Notes: a model not told the origin generated them from the sequence alone. Counted from the first letter of the stretch, positions 18,458 to 27,207 are shown. The stretch: DNA of 64,000 nucleotides from a virus (IMGVR_UViG_3300021478_000028:116-64115); one strand, 5' to 3'. A program made the numbers and translations.

Positions 18458-18773
18458 TTTCCTGGTCAGCCTGTTCTCCGGAATTGTCGCTGCGCCCGCG
18501 ATCGTGCGCGCCTCCTCCCTCATGCCAATCCGCCCTTCGAGACGCGCCTTCGGCGCTCCTCAGGATAAACTCCTTCGTGCGGTTCCGCGCTGCGAGATTT
18601 GCTTCGGACCCTATGGGATGTGCAAGAGCACAGGCGGCCCGCTCAGCTACACCTGCGCGCCAGTATGGCCAGGTGAATGGCCGGCCGGCCTGAGCCCAGA
18701 AGACTATATTTCTGTGGGGCAAGTCCGCCCCCGCCTCCGCTGGGGGCAGGCCCTGCGCGGAGCGCAAGCGTAA
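18438..18773 (+). CDS. Protein with a twin-arginine-like N-terminus
   Basis: MITQRRNFL...AAPAIVRA. Confidence 0.55.
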   Translation: MITQRRNFLVSLFSGIVAAPAIVRASSLMPIRPSRRAFGAPQDKLLRAVPRCEICFGPYGMCKSTGGPLSYTCAPVWPGEWPAGLSPEDYISVGQVRPRLRWGQALRGAQA

Positions 18774-18989
18774 TCAGGCAGGCGGGGGAAGCGCCTGTTG
18801 ATCGGCTGGTGCCGTCCCTTCAGGAGCCGGAGGCGGCACCGGGACTTCGTCACAATTCAAAATCTCGACCGCGCCACCCTCGGCCCCCGCATCCACCGTC
18901 GCCTGTATCGCATGCTCCCGACTGTCAGCATCAACAGTCGCCTCCGTGACCGGGCTGATAGAACGGGACTTCACGACAAAAGATGCCAT
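18774..18989 (-). CDS. Small acidic protein
   Basis: GAGGAGAG SD, MASFVVKS, 71 aa. Confidence 0.6.
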   Translation of the reverse strand: MASFVVKSRSISPVTEATVDADSREHAIQATVDAGAEGGAVEILNCDEVPVPPPAPEGTAPADQQALPPPA

Positions 18990-19074
18990 CTCACTCTCCT
19001 CGGTTGGCATCCCCCGCCCCTCCGCCTGCGCGGATGGCAAGCTGCGCGGAGGACAGGCCCACACTACCATACTT

Positions 19075-19305
19075 TCAACCGATGCTGGGAGGGGTCGGCG
19101 GCAATGGCATCCAATGCGTCGCGTCTTCCGGCAGAACAACATGCGCCCTGGCAGGATCAGAACTTGTCCACCAACCCGCTACTTCGCCTCGGTAGAAAGG
19201 CGAGTAGAAATTGCCCCAAAACGCAATGAAATGATGCTTACCCTTTTCCAGAACGAGAATAGACCGCCCGTCCTTCGGTGCTGTCCCGATCGGAAACCAA
19301 GTCAT
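19075..19305 (-). CDS. DUF551-like protein
   Basis: W.PI.TAPKDG...THWMPLP. Confidence 0.8.
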   Translation of the reverse strand: MTWFPIGTAPKDGRSILVLEKGKHHFIAFWGNFYSPFYRGEVAGWWTSSDPARAHVVLPEDATHWMPLPPTPPSIG

Positions 19306-19517
19306 TCGCCAATACTAGGGAACTTGGCCTTCACCTTCGCCCTCACCTTGGCCGCGACCGGCTTTCCAGCAGAGCGCGCCAGCGCGTTCCGCGCATGAGA
19401 AGCATCCGGGATCGGATAGCTCCCGCTCCCCTTCCCCGACTTCCCCTCACCCTTTCCAGGCAACGCAAAATCACTGCTCGGCAACCGCTTCCTCGCAGCC
19501 ATCTTCAACTTCGCCAT
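19302..19517 (-). CDS. Small basic conserved phage protein
   Basis: RKRLPSSDFALP...YPIPDASHARNALAR. Confidence 0.8.
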   Translation of the reverse strand: MAKLKMAARKRLPSSDFALPGKGEGKSGKGSGSYPIPDASHARNALARSAGKPVAAKVRAKVKAKFPSIGE

Positions 19518-19640
19518 CTCTCATTCCCTTCATCCTAACCGTCACACCGTCACACCCCGAACAAATCAGGTACACAGCCGGCCATAGCCTTCTCCTAAAT
19601 CGCCCACCGCGACTGGTTTATTATTGGTTTATTTTGCTCC

Positions 19641-20012
19641 TCACCACGGCGTCCCGTCCGCCTGGTACAAATCCTCGGTACGACGCCCGGGATGGTAACA
19701 ATGCCGCTCCTGATATACCGTCCCATCCTCCCGCGTCGCCGTTCTCCACTCGGACCAATCCCCTTCCCGCACACTCTTCACAGGAATAGGCTTGTCCGCA
19801 CTCACCCCCAACCGCTCCAGCTCCGCCCGCATCTCCGCCTTGCTCCGCTCCGGAACCTCCGGTCGCTCCCGCGCCGCAAGATCGCGCGTATATGCCTCCG
19901 AAGCATACCGCTGCATCCGGTCCTTCTTCATCTGCTTGCGAACATGCTCCCTGTCCCATCTCATAACACCACGCCTCCAACTCCTAACTCGATCTCGCCA
20001 CTTGTTGCTCAT
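19641..20012 (-). CDS. Hypothetical protein
   Basis: GAGGAG upstream; purine-rich coding-like strand; start uncertain. Confidence 0.55.
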   Translation of the reverse strand: MSNKWRDRVRSWRRGVMRWDREHVRKQMKKDRMQRYASEAYTRDLAARERPEVPERSKAEMRAELERLGVSADKPIPVKSVREGDWSEWRTATREDGTVYQERHCYHPGRRTEDLYQADGTPW

Positions 20013-20211
20013 TCGAGACGCGCCCCCGGCGCTCCTCATGATGAGGATGAAAGCATCCACCCCCATGATATCATGTCAATAGCAGAATGCCCCATAATCC
20101 TTGACTTCCGTAAAAAAATCTGCGCTTAATTTTCCCGCCTGCTCCTCGCCTACGCGCGCGCGGCAGCAAACACCGCCAGCACAACAAATCAGGAACAGGC
20201 AACACTAAAGC

Positions 20212-20243
20212 AAAAAAGGGTGCACCTCACGTGCACCCTTTTT
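20212..20243. terminator. Bidirectional intrinsic terminator
   Basis: AAAAAAGGGTGCAC-CTCAC-GTGCACCCTTTTT. Confidence 0.75.
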
Positions 20244-20310
20244 CGTACCCCATCCGTCCATAATCGTTCCCCCCTCCTTCGAGGGGGCAAGCCTCTTCCC
20301 CCTCACCTGA

Positions 20311-20326
20311 TGTTCCACGTGAAACA
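20311..20326. promoter_or_regulatory. parS: Canonical chromosomal-type parS site
   Basis: TGTTCCACGTGAAACA is an exact match to TGTTNCACGTGAAACA and is intergenic. Confidence 0.8.
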
Positions 20327-20699
20327 TCCACCAACCGCATCGGTTGTACCATGCTCGCCCAGGTTGAAAGGGGAAAAAGGGGTCATACGTGCAATGAGGG
20401 TACGTATATAGCGCAGCAGGGGGTACCCCCTGGCCATGGTGGGGGGAGGGTGGCCCACCCCAGGGTGCCCTGCCCCTCCCCCGCGGCAGGGGTGGGGATG
20501 GAGCCGTGCTTGACTAGCACGTAGCGTGATGTAGAAAGATGAGTGGTAGCAATGGCTTGCGAGATTAGGAATGAACGGGGTAACGCTTGAGGGTAACAGC
20601 ACTGCCAAAGTATGAGCGTCGATGGCCAAGCGGTACCAGCCCCGCGAGCTTGGCCGGGGCACCAGTGGCCAACCACGAGCTTGACCACGAAATAGCGGG

Positions 20700-21050
20700 T
20701 TGCGACAAAACCCACCTTTCCTGCTTCCTGTGCGGGCTGCGATGGCGGCGTTACTGACCAAGATGCGAGAGTGTCGTTCGCGATCGGTTCCGCGATCGAA
20801 CAACCCGTTGGTGCTGGCGATTGCGAGGGTTTTGCCGGCGGACTTGGATGAGATCACGAGCGCGACGCTGGCTGATCTGATGGGGGTACGGGCGAGTGCT
20901 ATAGGGACGCGAGCGAAGCTTGCGAGGGCGATGTTAGAGTTGGGGTGGCTTCCATTTCGGCAGCGGCGGTCGAGCGGGCACTGGCGCGGGCAGGAGCTGC
21001 GTGGGTTTACGCGGATTGTGAGGAGCCCGAGGACGGGGGCGCGGTCCTGA
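20700..21050 (+). CDS. Putative winged-helix DNA-binding protein
   Basis: ITSATLADLMG...LARAMLELGW...RGFTR. Confidence 0.5.
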   Translation: MRQNPPFLLPVRAAMAALLTKMRECRSRSVPRSNNPLVLAIARVLPADLDEITSATLADLMGVRASAIGTRAKLARAMLELGWLPFRQRRSSGHWRGQELRGFTRIVRSPRTGARS

Positions 21051-21067
21051 AGCTATCAGGGCTAGTG

Positions 21068-21076
21068 TTATCCACA
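21068..21076 (+). promoter_or_regulatory. DnaA box
   Basis: TTATCCACA perfect match, intergenic. Confidence 0.5.
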
Positions 21077-21342
21077 GCCGTAGTGAGTGACATCACGGGA
21101 ACGTGATCTATTGTCACGCCCTTGTGAACAATAGTTGATGGTAAGCCTTGCAATGTCTGCGCTTTCCGCATACTGTGTGGCTTCGTTGTTAGCTTGCCCT
21201 CGTGAAGACGGGGGCTGTTGTTTGAAAATTCGGGCGCCCTGGACAGCCCCTCCACCCGGCCCCAGGCATTACCCGCAGCCCGATACATAGTCCCACCAAG
21301 TGGAGCGCTGGCGCGCCGAATGTGGAGGGGACGTAAAGAATA

Positions 21343-21415
21343 CGGAGAAACGAGCGAGGCGGCCGGAGCGGCCGTCTTTCCCGTCTCTTGACGGCCGACT
21401 GCATGGCGCGGTCGG
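21343..21415 (+). repeat. Structured leader copy 1
   Basis: Long stem with GAGCG/TTCCC internal loop, then CCGACTGC-ATGGC-GCGGTCGG. Confidence 0.85.
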
Positions 21416-21435
21416 AATAGAAGGAAAATGGACGA

Positions 21436-21633
21436 ATGACGAAGTTAGAGCAGCGAACGGCGCAAGGGTTGCGCGCATTTCGGAAGAACGAAGGCTTTAC
21501 CCTCACTTGGGAGCAATATGAGGCGCTGGTCGATCAGATGGCTCTCATGTGCTGCGATATGACGGGCATTGCCATTGATTATGCGGCGTTTTGCGACGCA
21601 TGTGGGCGAGGCGAGGCCTGCCCTCGGACTTGA
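21436..21633 (+). CDS. Small early protein
   Basis: 65 aa, follows leader 1. Confidence 0.6.
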   Translation: MTKLEQRTAQGLRAFRKNEGFTLTWEQYEALVDQMALMCCDMTGIAIDYAAFCDACGRGEACPRT

Positions 21634-21643
21634 TCCGCGGGAT

Positions 21644-21741
21644 TGAGGGACTAGCGCAAGGGCCGTGGCGAGCCCTTGTTCCCGTCTCTTGACGGCCTGC
21701 CCCCGTGGAGACGGGGGAGCGGCGGTCGCATGGCGCGATCG
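21644..21741 (+). repeat. Structured leader copy 2
   Basis: TAGCG/TTCCC internal-loop stem, CCCCCGT-GGAG-ACGGGGG, CGGTCGC-ATGGC-GCGATCG. Confidence 0.85.
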
Positions 21742-21764
21742 GAGCAATAGGAAAGGCAATCAAC

Positions 21765-21989
21765 ATGAGAATGAGCGGACCTCATAGTGAGGAGCGGCGA
21801 AGCCGCGTCTCGAACTACCGGATGACTACGCGAGTGTGGTCCGAGGTTATGAGCGAGCGCACCGCGGCCGCGATCGATGCGGCGCTGGCTCTAGAGTGGA
21901 ATGACCCCGTTTGGGACACGGTGCTCGAGGCGGCATGGCTTGAGCATGATCGAAGCGTCGTGCTGATGACGGGGGGCTTCGATGACTGA
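21765..21989 (+). CDS. Small early protein
   Basis: AGGAAAGG SD after leader 2. Confidence 0.5.
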   Translation: MRMSGPHSEERRSRVSNYRMTTRVWSEVMSERTAAAIDAALALEWNDPVWDTVLEAAWLEHDRSVVLMTGGFDD

Positions 21990-22167
21990 CATCGCAAGAG
22001 CCTATGCAATGGGGCGCAACGCGGCGCACCGTGGTGGGGTGATTAGTGAGCCTCGGTTCGATCGTGCGGGTAACGTCACCGAGGAAGCGCAATGGCTGGC
22101 CATCGCCTTTTGGAACGGCGTTCATGACCTCAAAGCGGAAGATCGGTTGAACCGGGAGGAATGGTGA
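21982..22167 (+). CDS. Small early protein
   Basis: 61 aa, overlaps the previous gene. Confidence 0.55.
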   Translation: MTDIARAYAMGRNAAHRGGVISEPRFDRAGNVTEEAQWLAIAFWNGVHDLKAEDRLNREEW

Positions 22168-22331
22168 TGACCGAGCAACAGCTTGATGCCTATCGGCTCA
22201 TGTACAAGGCGCTTGGGCGCGCCTTGGATGAGATCCACAATCCGGGATTTGGTCGCGTTTGTGGGCTGGACATTGTGAGCCACATTGAAGCGATCCGCAA
22301 AGAAGCGGCGCGTGTGGCACCGGAAGAATGG

Positions 22332-22417
22332 TGAGAGACAAGCGGAGCGGCCGTGGCGGGCCGTTCTTCCCGTCTCTCGACGAGTGGCAGACGGGGAGCG
22401 GCCGCATGGCGCGGTCG
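22332..22417 (+). repeat. Structured leader copy 3
   Basis: GAGAGAC/GTCTCTC stem with AAGCG/TTCCC loop, then CGGCCGC-ATGGC-GCGGTCG. Confidence 0.85.
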
Positions 22418-22686
22418 GAGCAAAGGAAAGGCAATCCAATGGAGCTTATCATCGCGGCCGGCCTCTTTGGCGCGGCCTTTGTGTTCTTCGTTGCAGCTGT
22501 GATGGACGCGTGGAAATGAGCCAGCAAACATTCCCCGGCATGGGGAAGCCCGACGTGGGCGGCATGCTGCAACGGCGCATGAACGCGCGCTTGCAACCTG
22601 GGGCAGCTCAAAAGGCGTGCGACGATGGCCTGTTCAGCGAAGCAGCGCGCGGCGTTGTGCAGGTCGATCTAAAGGAAAGGACAGAC

Positions 22687-22878
22687 ATGAAACCGCGCTA
22701 CCGTTTCAGCCTTGTTTGTCCGCAGTGCAAGCGGACAAGCGAGACGACATGCGAGTGGAGCGACTTGCACGCAAACGAAAGAGGTGAGCCGGTGCCAAGC
22801 GTGAATTGCGGCGACTGCCTGATGGAACGTGTTGAGGTTGTGGGGATGAAAGTAACCAGGGTGGAGGTGATGCCGTGA
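22687..22878 (+). CDS. Small zinc-ribbon protein
   Basis: AAGGAAAGG SD; CPQC and CGDC. Confidence 0.65.
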   Translation: MKPRYRFSLVCPQCKRTSETTCEWSDLHANERGEPVPSVNCGDCLMERVEVVGMKVTRVEVMP

Positions 22879-23156
22879 AAATGAACTTTCACAGCGATAA
22901 CGGCGCGGCTTGTTGGCGGTGCTCTGGCACAATCTACACCTACACCGTGGATGACACCGTAACCTACGTTGACGCACGCTGTGTCAGCTGCGGCGCGGAT
23001 AACATGTTTTACCCGCGATCGGCGGTTGACACACCGCAACATGTGTCATGGGCGCACCGCGACACCTACTCGACACAGCGCAGATGCGTGGGGAAGGCGT
23101 GAAAGAGTTCAACGCTGCGGCCACATCGATACAGACCCAACTCATGAAAGCGCATA

Positions 23157-23253
23157 GCTAGACCAGCCCATAGCGCTCTAAAGCGAGCGCTATGTTCGGG
23201 CCTAGCCCGCCTGCCCCCGTGGAGACGGGGGGCGGCCGCATGGCGCGGTCGTT
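23157..23253 (+). repeat. Structured leader copy 4
   Basis: GCTAG..CATAGCGCTC/GAGCGCTATG..CTAGC; GGAG hairpin; GGCGGCCGC-ATGGC-GCGGTCGTT. Confidence 0.85.
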
Positions 23254-23278
23254 CCACAATGAAGGAAAGCACAAACAC

Positions 23279-24847
23279 ATGACGACTAAATCACAAACGG
23301 TTGCAGCGGATGTTTACGCGCTGCTACGGGCGCGAGCACCGCTGACTTGGATAGTGACGCGCGAGGAAACCCGCGCGGAAATGTACATCGCGGAAGCCGC
23401 AATGGCCGCGAATTACGTCCCCATGACTTGGGACATCGCGGCCGGCGTGCGCGAGCTTGGCGGCAAGCCAGTCAACGGGTTCAGCCCTGATCCCGTAGAG
23501 ACTATGCGCGCAATCGGCGCGCGGGCAGAAGCCGGGACGGCAGGACGCGGACTGTTCTTCCTTCGCGACCTGCCATCGTGGCTTGAGGGTCAGGCGGGAG
23601 CGATGACGCTGCGGGCGCTGCGCAACCTCGCGCAGCAATTGCCGCGACCAACGGCCAGCCCGCAAGCCGTTGTCGTCATCTCGCCCAATGGCAATGTCCC
23701 CCCCGAGCTGTCATCGCTGGCAACAGTCATAGAGTGGCCGTTGCCCGATAGAGATGAAATCGCCGCACTGCTAGACGCGTCTCTTGAGGTTGCTGGCGAC
23801 AAGGTCGAAGCGTGCACCAATGGCACACGCGACCTCGCAATAGACGCGGCAATCGGGCTCACGGGCGACGAGGCACAATCGTGTTTCAATTGCAGCCTAG
23901 TCCAACATAAGAAGGTGGACGCGGTTGCAATCGCACAAGAGAAAAAGCGCACGATTGCTTCAGGTGGCTTGCTTGAGTGGTTCGATCCCCTTAAAGGCGG
24001 ATTGGACGCGGTCGGCGGGCTTGAGAACTTAAAATCGTGGCTTGTTGGCCGTGCCATTGCTTGGACACCGGGAGCACGCGCCTACGGCCTGCCAACTCCG
24101 AAAGGCGCGCTGCTAGTCGGCGTTCCCGGTTGTGGAAAGTCGCTCACGGCAAAGGCGATATCAACAGCATGGCAAGTGCCCTTGCTCCGTCTGGACTTGA
24201 ACTCGCTCAAAGGCAAGTTTGTCGGACAGAGTGAAGGCAATCTGCGCAAGGTCATAAGCATCATAAATGCACTTGGAAGGTGCGTGGTATGGCTTGACGA
24301 AATAGAGAAAGCGCTGGCCGGCGCAACGCAAGGCGCGGCCGACGGCGGTGTGAGCAGCGACGCGCTAGGAACAATCCTGTCATGGATGCAGGAGCGGAGC
24401 GGCGAAGCATTCGTCATTGCGACGGCGAATGATGTTTCAGCATTGCCGCCCGAGCTGTTGCGCAAAGGCAGATTTGACGAAGTGTGGTTTGTCGATTTGC
24501 CCACTGCAACCGAGCGCGCTGGCGTGCTCACGGCAGCACTGCGATCACACGGCCGCACGGCGGATGCTAATGAAGTTGCAAAGATTGTACCCGCAACGGA
24601 AGGCTTCACGGGCGCGGAGATTGCGGCAATCGTCCCCGACGCATTATTCGCAGCGTTCGCGGATGGTGCCCGCGAGGTAATCGCGGCCGACTTGCTGGCC
24701 GCAGCAGCAACCGTCGTGCCGCTGGCCAAGACCGCAGCGGAGAAAATCGCGGCGTTGCGAACATGGGCTGCGGGGCGAGCACGGCCGGCATCCAAGCCGG
24801 AAGCGACCGCATCAAAAGCCGCGGGCTTGCGAGCGATCGATATCTAG
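23279..24847 (+). CDS. Ycf46-like AAA+ ATPase
   Basis: Degenerate N-terminal AAA domain; VGGLENLK, GVPGCGKS, WLDEIEK, PPELLRKGRFDE. Confidence 0.92.
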   Translation: MTTKSQTVAADVYALLRARAPLTWIVTREETRAEMYIAEAAMAANYVPMTWDIAAGVRELGGKPVNGFSPDPVETMRAIGARAEAGTAGRGLFFLRDLPSWLEGQAGAMTLRALRNLAQQLPRPTASPQAVVVISPNGNVPPELSSLATVIEWPLPDRDEIAALLDASLEVAGDKVEACTNGTRDLAIDAAIGLTGDEAQSCFNCSLVQHKKVDAVAIAQEKKRTIASGGLLEWFDPLKGGLDAVGGLENLKSWLVGRAIAWTPGARAYGLPTPKGALLVGVPGCGKSLTAKAISTAWQVPLLRLDLNSLKGKFVGQSEGNLRKVISIINALGRCVVWLDEIEKALAGATQGAADGGVSSDALGTILSWMQERSGEAFVIATANDVSALPPELLRKGRFDEVWFVDLPTATERAGVLTAALRSHGRTADANEVAKIVPATEGFTGAEIAAIVPDALFAAFADGAREVIAADLLAAAATVVPLAKTAAEKIAALRTWAAGRARPASKPEATASKAAGLRAIDI

Positions 24848-24936
24848 GCAAGACGCAAGCCCCGTAGCGGGGGCTTGTTGCGTGCCTAGCACGGCGACCG
24901 CATGGCGCGGTCGACCTGCCCCCGCGTAGGCGGGGG
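24844..24936 (+). repeat. Structured leader copy 5
   Basis: CTAGGCA..TGCCTAG long stem; CGACCGC-ATGGC-GCGGTCG; CCCCCGC-GTAG-GCGGGGG. Confidence 0.85.
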
Positions 24937-24961
24937 TTCACCAAGAGAAAGGACTAAAGCT

Positions 24962-25744
24962 ATGCTTAATCCCACGACACTGCGGCCAGGATTGCTGGTC
25001 AACGTCAATACCAGCATTCGCGGCAATGTCCGCTATACAAAGCAGACAATCGAAGCCGAGCACATCGTTGAAACCGGTGCAGCAAAGGCGAGCTGGAATA
25101 CCGAAAAAACGGTGACAGATCCGGGCGAGCACAAGCGCGCCACGGAAGTGCGCGGCAAATGCCGATCGCTTATCAGCGCGTGTTGCGCGAACAGCGCGTT
25201 CGGCTTGCTTTGTCCCGACAACCGGGCGGACGACCTCGACAAGGCGACACGCGAGGCAGAAGCACTCGTGACCGCGTTCAACGCGACCGCCGAAGTGACG
25301 CGAGTGCAATTCTACATCATGGCCGGACGCGTTGCGGCCGACGACGTGGAAGCCGCACGCAAGATCAGTGGCGAATTGCGCGACTTGTTGGACGACATGC
25401 AACAAGGCGTGCAGAACCTCGACGCGGAAGCAATCCGCGAGGCAGCCAACAAGGCGCGCAGCGTGGGTCAGATACTGACACCCGAGGCGCAAGCCAAGCT
25501 GGCAGACGGTATCGCGGCGGCTCGCAGCGCGGCGCGCGTTATCGTCCGGGCGGGCGAGAGTGCCGCAGGCGAGATCGACCGCATGGCGCTTGAGCGCATT
25601 GCCAAGGCGAGAACGGCGTTCGATCTTGGCGACGAGGCGGAGGTTGCCGCCCCGGTTGCGGCCGGCCGATCGATCGACTTCGAAAGCGGGGACGGGCCTA
25701 GCTTTGCAGCCATGGTGCGGCCGCAGATGACGTTTGAACTATGA
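24962..25744 (+). CDS. Helical AAA-partner protein (DUF3150-like?)
   Basis: GAAAGGA SD, 260 aa; GRSIDF near the C-terminus echoes the ATPase end LRAIDI. Confidence 0.7.
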   Translation: MLNPTTLRPGLLVNVNTSIRGNVRYTKQTIEAEHIVETGAAKASWNTEKTVTDPGEHKRATEVRGKCRSLISACCANSAFGLLCPDNRADDLDKATREAEALVTAFNATAEVTRVQFYIMAGRVAADDVEAARKISGELRDLLDDMQQGVQNLDAEAIREAANKARSVGQILTPEAQAKLADGIAAARSAARVIVRAGESAAGEIDRMALERIAKARTAFDLGDEAEVAAPVAAGRSIDFESGDGPSFAAMVRPQMTFEL

Positions 25745-25895
25745 CTGACAAAGAATGGAAAGCGGCAATTGCGGAAATTGAAAGCTTACGCTTTCAATTG
25801 GTCAACAACATCATGCCGCTAACAGAACGTGAAGACTTGCGACGCAAGCTTACAGTTAGTTTATGCAGGCTTGCAAGGCGGGACATGCCTTAACC

Positions 25896-25968
25896 TAATG
25901 CAGCGGGGGACGCACCTATAGGGTGCGTCTCACGCCGCTGCACTAGCAGCAACCGGCCATGGCGGCCG
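25896..25968 (+). repeat. Structured leader copy 6
   Basis: TGCAGCGG-GG-GACGCACC..GGTGCGTC-TCACG-CCGCTGCA; CGGCC-ATGGC-GGCCG. Confidence 0.85.
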
Positions 25969-25993
25969 ACCAACAGAGAAAGGACCAAAGCAA

Positions 25994-26347
25994 ATGCCGT
26001 GCGACACGAGATTAAAACCAAAACAGACTATCAGCGAGCGCGCTGCTGAAATACGCAAAGCCGTTCTGAATATCGACCGCTTGTTGCTGCGGCGCGCGGT
26101 GCGCCCCGTAGTAGATCGCGTCACGGGCGCAATCGCGTTCGCTGGCATCCCCGAGGACGTGCGCGACGGGCTTACGGATGCCTGCATTTTCCGCCGCATA
26201 CTTGCGACAGGTAGCGCACTCGCTCGTGCAGAGATCACCCGCGCCGAACAGATGGCAGGGCGCGGCGTGAACAAGCAAGCGGTAGCGACCGGTGTGCACT
26301 CTCACGATGGCGGAAGGAGCTGGCACCAATGGCCACTGAAACAGTGA
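25994..26347 (+). CDS. Early protein (MPC-start, AAA cluster member)
   Basis: GAAAGGA SD, 117 aa. Confidence 0.7.
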   Translation: MPCDTRLKPKQTISERAAEIRKAVLNIDRLLLRRAVRPVVDRVTGAIAFAGIPEDVRDGLTDACIFRRILATGSALARAEITRAEQMAGRGVNKQAVATGVHSHDGGRSWHQWPLKQ

Positions 26348-26565
26348 GCTTCAGACGCATTACCAGCACCTATGGCGTAACCGTGGACGGACACGATTAC
26401 CGCGTCACCTGCGATAGGTGGGGCGGTACTCCATGGAACCCGGAAAAGTGTGAGAGATGGACAGTTATTGTCTCGAATAACGACCGCTGTTGCGATCCTG
26501 ACAAACCCACATTCAAGCGTGTGGTAACTGCCGTCAAAGCAGCGCTCCAGGAAAGGAACAACTAA
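26329..26565 (+). CDS. Small early protein
   Basis: AAGGAG SD, 78 aa. Confidence 0.6.
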   Translation: MATETVSFRRITSTYGVTVDGHDYRVTCDRWGGTPWNPEKCERWTVIVSNNDRCCDPDKPTFKRVVTAVKAALQERNN

Positions 26566-26801
26566 TGCGACAACGCGAATATACCCGCCTTGTGCGGCAT
26601 CTGGTCTCCGCAAGTGCAGAGCTTTTCCAAGACCATGATTTAGGCTTCCCGCAAACCCGTGACGAGTACATGCGCGCAATGTGGCAAGAAGACACGGAAA
26701 TGAAACACTGGAAAGCTACTCGCGAAGATTACACCGACGCACTGCGCGAGGCCTATGACATCGTCAAGGTCTACAGCATCATTAAAGAGAACCGCCGTTA
26801 A
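26565..26801 (+). CDS. Small early protein
   Basis: TAATG-coupled, 78 aa. Confidence 0.6.
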   Translation: MRQREYTRLVRHLVSASAELFQDHDLGFPQTRDEYMRAMWQEDTEMKHWKATREDYTDALREAYDIVKVYSIIKENRR

Positions 26802-26873
26802 TGCAGCGGGGGACGCTCCTATAGGGAGCGTCTCACGCCGCTGTATTAGCAGCGACCCGGCCATGGCAGCCGG
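26799..26873 (+). repeat. Structured leader copy 7
   Basis: Near copy of leader 6 with a compensatory A-T to T-A change; CCGGC-CATGGCA-GCCGG. Confidence 0.85.
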
Positions 26874-26895
26874 CTAACATGAAAGGAAAATCCAT

Positions 26896-27207
26896 ATGGC
26901 CAAGCCGTTCGCTCCCCCGCGTTACATCGCTCGCCTGTGCAACAACGCAGGCGAGCTGGACTTTGTATCGGCTGACAGCATTCGCACTCTCGCGCGCCAT
27001 CTTGGCAAGCGATTGATTGCGCAAGAATGGCTGCTAGCCGACGGCGACACAATCCACATTGAACGAAGAGAGCAACAAGAGCAACCGCAAGGCGTGTGCA
27101 TTGCCGTTGCAATGGGCGGTTCCCATTGCGTGGGGCGGTGCCAAGACCCGCGCGATTGTAGCGCACGACCGCGGACGTGTACCAAGCAGGAGCCCAACCA
27201 TGGCTGA
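26896..27207 (+). CDS. Small early protein, Cys-rich C-terminus
   Basis: GAAAGGA SD after leader 7. Confidence 0.6.
   Translation: MAKPFAPPRYIARLCNNAGELDFVSADSIRTLARHLGKRLIAQEWLLADGDTIHIERREQQEQPQGVCIAVAMGGSHCVGRCQDPRDCSARPRTCTKQEPNHG

Noticed and set aside
21343-26873. Early-region repeats as a CRISPR array or integron attC cassettes
   Set aside because: Repeats differ in sequence, spacing is irregular and contains whole genes, there are no RYYYAAC/GTTRRRY ends, and no cas or intI gene is visible.
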